Positions 9,501 to 18,166 of a DNA stretch of 64,000 nucleotides are shown here, one piece after another. The notes beneath the pieces were generated by a model. It did no database searches and was not told the DNA's origin. It was given only the letters and a program-made list of their open reading frames with translations. This DNA comes from Planctomycetota bacterium (GTDB taxonomy: Bacteria; Planctomycetota; UBA1135; UBA2386). Each line of letters starts with the position of its first letter. The first letter of the stretch is position 1. The DNA is taken from the NCBI GenBank assembly GCA_965223545.1, contig OZ245006.1:6496001-6560000 (forward strand), written 5' to 3'. A program made the translations under genes and the position numbers.

Positions 9501-12500
9501 CGTCACGTTCAACGGGGCAGTGCCCGAGGTCGGGTTGCTGGCAAACGCAGCCACTGGCGCCGGCTCGGTGACGGTGACGAGACCCGCGGTGGTCGCGGTG
9601 TCGGAGCCGCCGGGGCCGGTGACGGTCAGCGAGACGGTGTAGGTGCCGGCTGTGGTGTAGGTGTGGGTGGGGCTCTGCGCGGCCGAGGTTGCGCCGTCGC
9701 CGAAGTCCCATGTCCAGGTCGTGATCGCGCCGGTCGACTGATCGGTGAACGTCACGTTCAACGGGGCAGTGCCCGAGGTCGGGTTGCTGGCAAACGCAGC
9801 CACCGGTGCCGGCTCGGTGACGGTGACGAGACCCGCGGTGGTCGCGGTGTCGGAGCCGCCGGGGCCGGTGACGGTCAGCGAGACGGTGTAGGTGCCGGCT
9901 GTGGTGTAGGTGTGGGTGGGGCTCTGCGCGGCCGAGGTTGCGCCGTCGCCGAAGTCCCATGTCCAGGTCGTGATCGCGCCGGTCGACTGATCGGTGAACG
10001 TCACGTTCAACGGGGCAGTGCCCGAGGTCGGGTTGCTGGCAAACGCAGCCACTGGTGCCGGCTCGGTGACGGTGACGAGACCCGCGGTGGTCGCGGTGTC
10101 GGAGCCGCCGGGGCCGGTGACGGTCAGCGAGACGGTGTAGGTGCCGGCTGTGGTGTAGGTGTGGGTTGGGCTCTGCGCGGCCGAGGTTGCGCCGTCGCCG
10201 AAGTCCCATGCCCAGGTCGTGATCGCGCCGGTCGACTGATCGGTGAACGTCACGTTCAACGGGGCAGTGCCCGAGGTGGGGTTGCTGGCAAACGCAGCCA
10301 CTGGCGCCGGCTCGGTGACGGTGACGAGACCCGCGGTGGTCGCGGTGTCGGAGCCTCCGGGGCCGGTGACGGTCAGCGAGACGGTGTAGGTGCCGGCTGT
10401 GGTGTAGGTGTGGGTTGGGCTCTGCGCGGCCGAGGTTGCGCCGTCGCCGAAGTCCCATGCCCAGGTCGTGATCGCGCCGGTCGACTGATCGGTGAACGTC
10501 ACGTTCAACGGGGCAGTGCCCGAGGTCGGGTTGCTGGCAAACGCAGCCACTGGCGCCGGCTCGGTGACGGTGACGAGACCCGCGGTGGTCGCGGTGTCGG
10601 AGCCGCCGGGGCCGGTGACGGTCAGCGAGACGGTGTAGGTGCCGGCTGTGGTGTAGGTGTGGGTGGGGTTCTGCGCGGCCGAGGTTGCGCCGTCGCCGAA
10701 GTCCCATGCCCAGGTCGTGATCGCGCCGGTGGATTGATCGGCGAAGACGACGTCCAACGGCGCGGTGCCGGTGGTCGGAGCACCGGCAAAGCCGGCGACC
10801 GGTGCCGGCTCGGTGACGGTGACAATCGCTGTCGTTCGATCGCAACCGCCTGGCCCGACCACCAACAGAGAGACCTTGTACGTCCCCGGCGTCGCATAGG
10901 TGTGCAGCGGATTCTGCGCTGACGAAGTGCCGCCATCGCCAAACTCCCATGCCCAGCTCGTGATTGCGCCCGTCGATTGGTCGTTGAACGCCACGTCCAG
11001 AGGAGCCGCACCACTCGCCGGTGCCGCGCCAAACGCTGCGTCGGGTGGCAATTCGCCGACCGACACCAGGTTCATCGCCGTGATGCTGTCAGGCCCATAG
11101 GATCCCGCCACCGTTAAGGTGACCGTGTACTGACCGTCCGTGGTGTAGGTGTGCGATGGACTCTGAGCGGTCGAAGTGTTGCCGTCGCCAAAGTCCCAGA
11201 GCCAAGAACCAACCGCACCGCTTGACTGGTCGGTGAAGGTCACCGCCAGCGGCGAGGGCCCGGCTGTCGGTGCCGCTGCGAAACTCGCTTGCGGAAGCGG
11301 GGACGCCGTGGCGCGATAGACCCAAACAGTCCGTTCAGCGGGTGGGTAGAAGCCATACTGCCGAACAAACTCGTCGCGGACCCGGTCGTGGCCCCAGTTG
11401 TGGAGCACACCCGTGCGGAGTCCCCCATCCTCGCCTTGCGGCTCGGCATTTGGGTGAATTTCACGCCACTGAAACTGGCCGGAGACGCTGTCGAGGTAGA
11501 ACTCCCAGTGCTCCATTGCGGATTGTGCGTAGATCTCCCCGGTCAACATTGCGCGATCGCGGTACACATCCCAGACCATCGCAGCGGACGACGCATCCAA
11601 GACCTCTAGGGCATTCCCCACTGGAATCAGGGCTGGATCGGCCGCAACCAACTCAGTCCAGCCAGTGGCTGCACGCCATTCCCACGTGCCCACGTGGATC
11701 CCGGCTCCGCCGGTGCGGCCACCGGTCAGCAGCACGCGATTTCGCATGGGGTCGTAGCACGATATATGATCGAGGAGCGCCGACGGCCCGGCACCGCCGA
11801 CGGTGTGTTCGGTCCATGTCGAGCCGTCCCAAAGGTAGGTCTTGTCGTTCCAAGCTCCGTTGGCCCATTCCCTTCCGCCTTTCAGCATGACGTTGCCGTT
11901 GCCGGCGTAGGTCATTGTGAAGCCAAGCACGTAGCTGTTTCCCGCAGGTCTCGGTCCCCCCACGCTCTTCTGTGTCCACGTTGTCCCGTCCCACTCCCAC
12001 GTTTCGTCCCCAGACCCCGACACGATGCCTTGCCAGACGAGTACATCCCGTTGTTCGTCGTAAGCCGACCCCTCGTGGAATCCACCCGGAGGGCCAGATG
12101 CGAGGTCCACCCATTGATTGCCATCCCAACGTCGAATCTTGTCGTTCGTAAGACCAATCAATTCCTGCCGGCCCGTATGCCAATGAGATTGTTCAATGAG
12201 CGGTTGGTTCACGAAGTTGTTGACTCTGACCCAGCGATTGGACGGGGGCTCGGAATCGACCACCCGGACTAAGTCGTGCACGGTTCTCGTGTCACTTCCG
12301 CCGGGGCCGGTGACCGTCAACGTGACGGCATAGGTGCCAGGTGCTGTATAGGTATGAGAAGGGCTCTGTGCGGACGAACTCGTGCCATCTCCGAAGTCCC
12401 AGGACCAAGAATTTGATCCGCCCGTGGACTGATCGCTGAACGTGACGGTCAGAGGCGAAGTACCGCTGGTCGCACTCACGTCGAACGCCGCCGGGCCGGA

Positions 12501-13490
12501 AGCGGGCGGTGGATCGGGCACGTAGTACCATGTTTCGCGGGCGCCGCTGAGATCGCGGCGGGTGACGAACACGTCGAGTTGCTCGTGATGCACCCAATCG
12601 TGCCGGAAACCAGTCCCGAGGTGCGAGGGCTGCGTCAGCGGCTGTAGCTGTTGCCATACGTGGGTGCCCGCGGTCGCATCGAACGCGAACTCCCATTGCT
12701 GGAATGTGCTCGAGGATTGGTTCGACGCGAGCAGGAGTGCTCGGTCGCGGGGGGCGTCCCAAACCATGCGCCGCTGCGCGCCTGCATGAATCGTGCTCGG
12801 CCCGGCGCTGATTTGGGACCAACCTCCGGTGGCGCGCCACTCCCAGGTTGTGGGATCGATCGTGTCGATTCCCTCGAGCATCACCACTCGGTTCCGGAGC
12901 GGGTCGTAGGTCAGCGTCGGATGCCTCCCCCCGCGAGGAAGGGGATGCAGGTGCTGTTGCTCCCACGTGGTTCCGTCCCAAAGCCAAGTGTCTGCGGCCC
13001 AGGCGGTAGAGCCAAATCCCAAACCGATCCCACCAAACAACATTACCTTGCCGTCGCCGGCGTAGCTAAAACCGACGCTGTCGAAACCCGGATACTTGCC
13101 AACCGGCGTTGACACATTCTTGAGCGTCCACGTGCAGCCGTTCAGCTCCCAGGTCTGCGTTTGGTACGGGTTCTGGGCGACGGCGTACGCCACGATGACG
13201 CCGCGCTCGGGATCGAAGGCCGCGTTTCTGAGCTGGTAGGACGTCGGCCAAGTTAGCTCTGGTCGGTCGCTCCAGCTCACGGCATTCCAGGAGAGCATGG
13301 GGACACCGAAGTTGTTGCTGAAACCGTTGACCCCGAGTACGTCTTCTTGCCATGGGTCGTAGACGCCCGTGAAGTTCACCGGCTCGAGGGCGGAGTCCGT
13401 TTGCACCCACGTGTTGGTCTGCGCGCCGACCGGCACCAATGCGAGCAGGAGTGGGAAGTGGGTGATCGAAGCGCGGAGCCACTGATGCAT
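6522..13490 (-). CDS. Giant secreted surface protein: two Kelch-like propellers, about 11 PKD domains, Ig-like domains and a C-terminal adhesin-like region
   Basis: Signal peptide; TWLWDGTTW/YDPLRNRVV Kelch-like repeats; WDFGDG PKD motifs; ITNHPQSQTV...YQW..DG Ig domain. Confidence 0.9.
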   Translation of the reverse strand: MHQWLRASITHFPLLLALVPVGAQTNTWVQTDSALEPVNFTGVYDPWQEDVLGVNGFSNNFGVPMLSWNAVSWSDRPELTWPTSYQLRNAAFDPERGVIVAYAVAQNPYQTQTWELNGCTWTLKNVSTPVGKYPGFDSVGFSYAGDGKVMLFGGIGLGFGSTAWAADTWLWDGTTWEQQHLHPLPRGGRHPTLTYDPLRNRVVMLEGIDTIDPTTWEWRATGGWSQISAGPSTIHAGAQRRMVWDAPRDRALLLASNQSSSTFQQWEFAFDATAGTHVWQQLQPLTQPSHLGTGFRHDWVHHEQLDVFVTRRDLSGARETWYYVPDPPPASGPAAFDVSATSGTSPLTVTFSDQSTGGSNSWSWDFGDGTSSSAQSPSHTYTAPGTYAVTLTVTGPGGSDTRTVHDLVRVVDSEPPSNRWVRVNNFVNQPLIEQSHWHTGRQELIGLTNDKIRRWDGNQWVDLASGPPGGFHEGSAYDEQRDVLVWQGIVSGSGDETWEWDGTTWTQKSVGGPRPAGNSYVLGFTMTYAGNGNVMLKGGREWANGAWNDKTYLWDGSTWTEHTVGGAGPSALLDHISCYDPMRNRVLLTGGRTGGAGIHVGTWEWRAATGWTELVAADPALIPVGNALEVLDASSAAMVWDVYRDRAMLTGEIYAQSAMEHWEFYLDSVSGQFQWREIHPNAEPQGEDGGLRTGVLHNWGHDRVRDEFVRQYGFYPPAERTVWVYRATASPLPQASFAAAPTAGPSPLAVTFTDQSSGAVGSWLWDFGDGNTSTAQSPSHTYTTDGQYTVTLTVAGSYGPDSITAMNLVSVGELPPDAAFGAAPASGAAPLDVAFNDQSTGAITSWAWEFGDGGTSSAQNPLHTYATPGTYKVSLLVVGPGGCDRTTAIVTVTEPAPVAGFAGAPTTGTAPLDVVFADQSTGAITTWAWDFGDGATSAAQNPTHTYTTAGTYTVSLTVTGPGGSDTATTAGLVTVTEPAPVAAFASNPTSGTAPLNVTFTDQSTGAITTWAWDFGDGATSAAQSPTHTYTTAGTYTVSLTVTGPGGSDTATTAGLVTVTEPAPVAAFASNPTSGTAPLNVTFTDQSTGAITTWAWDFGDGATSAAQSPTHTYTTAGTYTVSLTVTGPGGSDTATTAGLVTVTEPAPVAAFASNPTSGTAPLNVTFTDQSTGAITTWTWDFGDGATSAAQSPTHTYTTAGTYTVSLTVTGPGGSDTATTAGLVTVTEPAPVAAFASNPTSGTAPLNVTFTDQSTGAITTWTWDFGDGATSAAQSPTHTYTTAGTYTVSLTVTGPGGSDTATTAGLVTVTEPAPVAAFASNPTSGTAPLNVTFTDQSTGAITTWAWDFGDGATSAAQSPTHTYTTAGTYTVSLTVTGPGGSDTATTAGLVTVTEPAPVAAFASNPTSGTAPLNVTFTDQSTGAITTWAWDFGDGATSAAQSPTHTYTTAGTYTVSLTVTGPGGSDTATTAGLVTVTEPAPVAAFASNPTSGTAPLNVTFTDQSTGAITTWAWDFGDGATSAAQSPTHTYTTAGTYTVSLTVTGPGGSDTATTAGMITVAAAPAITNFAISRTVISDGDSATLTHSFTGGNGDIDQGVGPVGQGQTVVSPPPNTATTYTLTVTNAFGDNVSADVTVTSYPLPQIQSFVASAPLVTNGGVVDLLFAFTGGNGQVTDGVSSFSVASGTPLTVTPPDDVVTTYTLTVTNPAGDSVQATAIVQAVPPPSIESFVASPTIVVNGQTSQLTARFSGGTGLINPGAIAVTSEVPVTVTPPPDASTLYVLTVTSPTGESVMAPAVVTAVPALPVITNHPQSQTVSAGTAVSFSVTATGVGLSYQWCKDGAVIAGETQSVLALASASPADAGRYNVKVSNAAGSVTSDDAVLTVLNACPDCDGDVVRIDTDVSADFNTAPPTWQGDPALAPYVSFDTSGPTPDTWRLIIDTGRKRLEIVDGATVTTGTVPNKGKNRPAPGIELRSACTVFVDESAAVDVYSHNAQAGALSIIADGDIAIDGVILNRAQASSGVSGRIVIASRCGDLALSASALVRSNSGGDIHLLTGGDASAGFGGDIDIGGLVEAVYRAAPAPTIRLVAFDGAITVFGTALRRVAVQGRRISTTGVVVRTGRDNITDPGHIEMQALGDITVVGNSIQHFAFPNPGTVAVKMLGNHGGAVIDVRSLGGRIIAIDRAFDNVNHDNQDAINRLWAAGDVHLFASGAMNSTPVPGPLAFRMPVVDVTTIGNAQAGTNEIRSFGGEVAILLPDAMVMADAWGGGGTVGINLLTACVQVANSGVVYPADPVPGDDSGACAPAVPPALYADPSMLGVVWQ
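8826..10810. repeat. Intragenic tandem array of 249-bp (83-aa) PKD units: seven near-identical plus one diverged
   Basis: The motif gccggctcggtgacggtgac recurs every 249 bp (about 9061, 9310, 9559, 9808, 10057, 10306, 10555, 10804). Confidence 0.95.
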
Positions 13491-13924
13491 GAGCAGGTCT
13501 GCCGAGATGAGGGAACCGAACTCTGCTCAAGCGCCTGGCCTGCGAAGAATCCGTCGCGCAAAACCGGGAATTCGTGTGCGAGTGGACGTTCGGTTCCCGC
13601 GACGTGCCGTCGCTCGTGCCGTATACGGCGATCCGAAATGGCCGTGGCTGACGACCTCGTTCTTCAGCTCGGGGCGTTGCTGCAAGACTCGGGAGTGGCA
13701 CGCCCAGGAGGAGTCCCGTGAGTGGATTGGCACGGGCGGCGACCCCGGGGTTCATCGACGTTCGTCGCCGAGCGGGTGCAACCGAGTTTGTCGTCGATGA
13801 GACTTTGGTGCGCGAGCCCCCGAGCCTGCCGGTTCCGGTTGACCCGCGCGGGGTGGACACTCGGTCCGAAGCCCTCGAGATCGTCACCCGCCGGGCGGAG
13901 TTCGTCTGGTTGATCGACGGCGGA

Positions 13925-14153
13925 GGGCACCAACGAGATTCGGTCGTTCGGCTGTGAGGTGGCGGGTGCTTTTGCCTGACGCCATGGTCACGGCCGACGC
14001 TTGGGGCCGTGGTGGAAGCGTGGGGCTCAGCCCGCTGGCCGCGTGTTTGCAAGTGGCCAACAGCGGAGTGGCTTATCCCGCGGACCCCGTGCCGGGTAAC
14101 GACTCCGGCGTCTGTTTCCCCGCAGTGCCGCCAGCGCGTACGTCGACTCGAGC
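13925..14153 (+). pseudogene. Degenerate inverted copy of the 3' end of the giant PKD gene (matches about 6546-6774)
   Basis: GTNEIRSFG..LLPDAMVTADAWG...QVANSGVAYPADPVPGNDSG parallels the giant protein C-terminus. Contains frameshifts. Confidence 0.85.
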
Positions 14154-14315
14154 GCGTTGTGCCGCCGGGACTCCGCCCCGGTCGCGGGTTTCGTCCTACC
14201 GGTTACAGTCGGGCTCGTGAAGGACATCAACGAATCCTCGGAGTACCCCAACGGTCCGTGCTCGCTACCGACGTTCACCGGTGTACTCGTCGGCGAACCC
14301 GACGCACCTCGGGGG

Positions 14316-16940
14316 GTGGCCCATCCTCTGATTCGTGCTGGGCTCACCATCGTTGCTGCGTGCTCGTCGCTTTGCGCGCAGGGCGCGGCGCCGCAGTTCG
14401 AGCGCGCCGGCAAGGCCCATCTGCCGGTCGTCTCCACCTTCTCGTTCTCGGGCACCGTCGGCGACGTCGACGGCGACGGATCACCGGACATAGTGGTCGG
14501 CAGCGGCGGCGGCCAGGACGCGCTGTTCCTCAACGACGGCCTCGCTCGATACGCGGATGCGAGCGCGATGCTGCCGCCACCGCCGGGGCAGACGCACGCG
14601 GTGCGCGTCGCGGATGTCGATGGTGACGGTGATGGGGATCTTCTGTTGGGTCGCTACGGCTGGCCCAACACCCTGCTGATCAACCAGGGCGGGCGCGGCT
14701 TTCTCGACGAGTCGGGGATCCGGCTGCCGACCGTGTTCGACCGCACGCAGGATCTCGCGGTGGGCGATGTCGACGGCGACGGCGACCTCGACATCGTCGT
14801 CGCCAATTCGGGCGGCCTGACTCCGGAGAGCAACCGGCTGTATCTCAACGACGGCGCAGGGTTCTTCACCGACGCGACCGCGCGCTTGGTGGGGGTGGCG
14901 GACGAGACCTACGCGATGGTGCTGCGCGATCTCGATGGCGATGGCGACCTCGACCTGGCGTGGGGGAATCGACAGCAGCAGAACCGGCTGCTGCGCAACG
15001 ACGGGTCCGGCACGTTCATCGATGATTCGGCGGCGTTGCCCCCCGACCAGGACTGGTGCGAGGCGATCGAGGCCGCGGACTTCGACGGCGACGGCGATCC
15101 GGACCTGGTGGTGGCGGCGTGCGGCTTCTCGCCGCAGCGCAGCCTGCGTCTCTACCTCAACGACGGCGCCGGACGGTTCACCGATCCCGGCGAGCCGACG
15201 CTGGCGGCGTTCCCCGGCTGTTCGGCGATCGCGGTGGGGGACGTCGACGGGGACGGCGATGTCGATCTCCTCACCGCGGAGAGCTTGACGGAGATGCGCG
15301 TCTTGCTGAACGACGGCGCGGCGCGCTTCGCGTATGGCGCGCGGGTTGGCTTCGACCGCAGCAGCTCGACCTACGACGCGGAGCTGTTCGACGCGGATGC
15401 GGACGGCGACTTGGACGCGCTCGTCGTGCGCAGCTTGGGCCGCGACCGCCTGCTGCTGAACGACGGCCGCGGCGGCTTCGTCGACGGTTGTGTCGCGCCG
15501 GTGCCGGCGGCGTTCGTCGACACCGTCACGGTGGTCGGCGTCGACGTCGACGGAGACGGCGCACTGGATCTGGTCGAGGGCAACGGCCGCCGTTTCGGCC
15601 AGGCCAACCGCCTGCTGCACAACGACGGCACCGGCCGCTTCACCGAGGTCGTGGGGTCGGTCGTCGCCAGCGGGTCGGCGTCGACCCGCTCGCTCGCGGT
15701 GGGCGACGTCGATGGCGATGGCCACTCGGATCTGCTCATCGGTAATGACTGGGATACTCAGGGCCGCGCGCAGAACCGCCTATTGCTGGGGGACGGCCGC
15801 GGCGGCTTCCGCGACGCGACCGCGGCGGCGTTGCCGGTCGCCGACGACCGCACGACGGCGGTGGCCCTCGTCGATCTGGACCGCGACGGAGATCTGGACG
15901 CGCTGTTCGGCAACGTGCTGACCGCGACGTTCGGCCGGACGCTGCAGATCCTCTCCAACGACGGCACCGGCGTGTTCCGCGACGTGACCGCGTCGTGGAT
16001 CTCGAGAACACTCAATGCGATCAACGCGCTCGTGGTCCGCGATCTGGACGGCGATGGCGACCTCGACGTCGCGCTCGCGCACGGTGTGAACACGATCGGC
16101 CTCGCCGATCTGGTCCTCCTGCAGGACGGCGGCCGGTTGATCGCCGCCGCCGCGCTTCCCGCCTCGGTCGAGCCGAGTCTCACGGTGACGGCGGATGACG
16201 TCGATCTCGACGGCGATGTCGATCTCGTCTTCGGCACGGCGCGGGGCACGCGGGGGTCGGCAGCCGATCGGCTCTACCTGAACGATGGCCGGGGTGGGTT
16301 CGAGCTGGCTCCGACGGGATCTCTTCCCCAGGACAGTCTCGGCAGTCAACACCTCGCGCTGGTCGACTTCGACGAGGACCGCGACCCGGACCTGATCCGC
16401 GTGCGGGATGGCGCGTTCAGCGCGACGATCGCCTACTACCGCAACCAAGGAGGACACTTCACCGAGGTTGCCGACCCGGCCCTGCCCGGCACGATCTTGG
16501 GCTACGGCATCGGGGTCGTCGACGTCGACGACGACGGCGACCCGGACGTCGTGGTTCCCGGCGAGCAGCTGGTGCTCCACAACGTCCACCGCCAGCTGAG
16601 TGCGCCCTACGTCGCCATCGCGGGCCGCGACTACGTGCTGCGCGTGCACGTCGAGCCCGGCGTGCTGCCGGGCCCCGCCGTCGCCGTGCCCGTCCTCGCC
16701 GACGGCATCGCGGCCCACCCCCTGCCACCGATCGGAACCCTGAGGCTCGACCCGTTCGGCCAGCTCCTGGTGCTCCGGGGAGTCGTCGTGCCCGCGCTCG
16801 GCCCACCCGCGATCCTGACCCTGCCGCTGCCGCGCACGCCACTGATCCTCGGCGAAGTCCTGCACGCCCAGGCCCTGGTCCTGCGCAGCACTGGGCCCAC
16901 GCGCCTCACCGGCCTCACCACCGATCCCGTCACCCGATGA
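14316..16940 (+). CDS. Secreted FG-GAP/VCBS repeat protein
   Basis: More than 10 GDVDGDGDxD repeats and LYLNDG motifs; signal-like N-terminus. Start estimated at GTG 14316. Confidence 0.9.
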   Translation: MAHPLIRAGLTIVAACSSLCAQGAAPQFERAGKAHLPVVSTFSFSGTVGDVDGDGSPDIVVGSGGGQDALFLNDGLARYADASAMLPPPPGQTHAVRVADVDGDGDGDLLLGRYGWPNTLLINQGGRGFLDESGIRLPTVFDRTQDLAVGDVDGDGDLDIVVANSGGLTPESNRLYLNDGAGFFTDATARLVGVADETYAMVLRDLDGDGDLDLAWGNRQQQNRLLRNDGSGTFIDDSAALPPDQDWCEAIEAADFDGDGDPDLVVAACGFSPQRSLRLYLNDGAGRFTDPGEPTLAAFPGCSAIAVGDVDGDGDVDLLTAESLTEMRVLLNDGAARFAYGARVGFDRSSSTYDAELFDADADGDLDALVVRSLGRDRLLLNDGRGGFVDGCVAPVPAAFVDTVTVVGVDVDGDGALDLVEGNGRRFGQANRLLHNDGTGRFTEVVGSVVASGSASTRSLAVGDVDGDGHSDLLIGNDWDTQGRAQNRLLLGDGRGGFRDATAAALPVADDRTTAVALVDLDRDGDLDALFGNVLTATFGRTLQILSNDGTGVFRDVTASWISRTLNAINALVVRDLDGDGDLDVALAHGVNTIGLADLVLLQDGGRLIAAAALPASVEPSLTVTADDVDLDGDVDLVFGTARGTRGSAADRLYLNDGRGGFELAPTGSLPQDSLGSQHLALVDFDEDRDPDLIRVRDGAFSATIAYYRNQGGHFTEVADPALPGTILGYGIGVVDVDDDGDPDVVVPGEQLVLHNVHRQLSAPYVAIAGRDYVLRVHVEPGVLPGPAVAVPVLADGIAAHPLPPIGTLRLDPFGQLLVLRGVVVPALGPPAILTLPLPRTPLILGEVLHAQALVLRSTGPTRLTGLTTDPVTR

Positions 16941-16972
16941 ACGTACGGAGCCAGGCTCCCGTTCATCACTTC
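16938..16972. repeat. REP-like palindrome type A, copy 1
   Basis: TGAACGTACGGAGCCAGGCTCCCGTTCATCACTTC; 34/35 identical to 26575-26609; hairpin GGAGCC-A-GGCTCC. Confidence 0.75.
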
Positions 16973-16987
16973 CCCCCGAAAGTCCCC

Positions 16988-17878
16988 TTACTGCCCGATG
17001 CAGGCGAAGCCGTGGTCGAGCAACAGCCTGCTGTCGGCGTAGCGCTGGGCGTTGTCGCTGGATCCCAGCACGCACGCGATGATCGTGCGCCCCGATCGCC
17101 GCGCCGCTGACACCAAGCAGGCCCCGGCGTTGCCAGTGGTTCCGGTCTTGACGCCGATGATCCCCGAATAGCTGCCGTTCTCGACGAAGTCGTTGGTGTT
17201 CGTGATCTCCACGAACCCCTGCCGCGAGGTGTAGACGCCGGTCTTGCCGGTGGCGACGATACCTGCCAGCACCGAGTCCGCGAGCACCGCACGCGCGATC
17301 TGGGTGAGGTCGTAGGCGCTCGCGTAGTGGAGCGTGCTCATCGGCCAGTACGGGTCGCGCCCGTGACAGTTGACGAAGTTGGTATTGCTCAGACCGAGCT
17401 GCAGCACCTTGTTGTTCATCAGCGGCACGAAGTTGCCCTCCGAGAACGCGCAGTGCTCCGCGATCGCCACCGCGGCGTCGTTCCCCGACCGCATCAGCAG
17501 GAAGCGCAGCGCGTTGTAGAACGATAGCTGCTCGCCGTACTGCAAGTTTGCGCTGGATCCGCCGGTCAGCGGCGGCGCCCAACCCACCGTGATCGTGCTA
17601 TAGAGCGACCTGCGCGCCGGGTGTCCCGGTGGCAACTTGGTGAAGTCGCGCGCCACCAGCGCGGTGACCATCTTCGTCGTGCTGGCGTTGGCGCGGCGCG
17701 TGTGCGCGGCCTTGCCCCAAAGCAGCGCACCACTGTCGCCGTCGATCACCGCGGCGCTCGGTGCATCGATCTGCCAGGACCACAGCATCGGGACCTGGAT
17801 CAGGAAAAACTGGGCGGGGACGGAAGCGGCGAGTGCGAACAAGACCGCGGCGGACCGAACGAAGCCAAAAGCTCTCAT
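16988..17878 (-). CDS. D-alanyl-D-alanine carboxypeptidase (peptidase S11)
   Basis: SxxK (ASTTK), SGN and KTG motifs; signal peptide. Confidence 0.9.
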   Translation of the reverse strand: MRAFGFVRSAAVLFALAASVPAQFFLIQVPMLWSWQIDAPSAAVIDGDSGALLWGKAAHTRRANASTTKMVTALVARDFTKLPPGHPARRSLYSTITVGWAPPLTGGSSANLQYGEQLSFYNALRFLLMRSGNDAAVAIAEHCAFSEGNFVPLMNNKVLQLGLSNTNFVNCHGRDPYWPMSTLHYASAYDLTQIARAVLADSVLAGIVATGKTGVYTSRQGFVEITNTNDFVENGSYSGIIGVKTGTTGNAGACLVSAARRSGRTIIACVLGSSDNAQRYADSRLLLDHGFACIGQ

Positions 17879-17956
17879 CTGTGATCTCCTGTGTTGCGGC
17901 GCCACTCAGCGCCTGCCCCCAAGAGATGGTCCTCCCCCCTCTCCGCGTGACGACAC

Positions 17957-17986
17957 GTACCGAGTCAGACTCGATTTTCTCGCTTC
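17957..17986. repeat. REP-like palindrome type B, copy 1
   Basis: GTACCGAGTCAGACTCGATTTTCTCGCTTC, identical to 25119-25148; hairpin CGAGTC-A-GACTCG. Confidence 0.75.
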
Positions 17987-18166
17987 GCCCAGTCCGCGAA
18001 CGCGTTCGCTCCCCGCACGCGTGAGAGTTCCACCCAATTGCGGTGGGGGGCAAGCGGCGCCGCGAGTGGCATTCCAGCCGCGCCTCGGGAGGCCTACGAT
18101 GCATTCGCGCAGGCGGCTTGCGCAGAGCGTCGGTCCGCCGCCCAGCAACCCCGAAGGAGGTGGCCG

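Noticed and set aside
7953..10950. 989-aa and 742-aa repetitive ORFs, or a CRISPR-like array
   Set aside because: These are shadow frames of the PKD repeat. The units are coding and have no unique spacers. No CRISPR array was seen in the window.
13490..13920. Riboswitch upstream of the giant adhesin
   Set aside because: No recognisable aptamer consensus by eye; an Rfam search would be needed.
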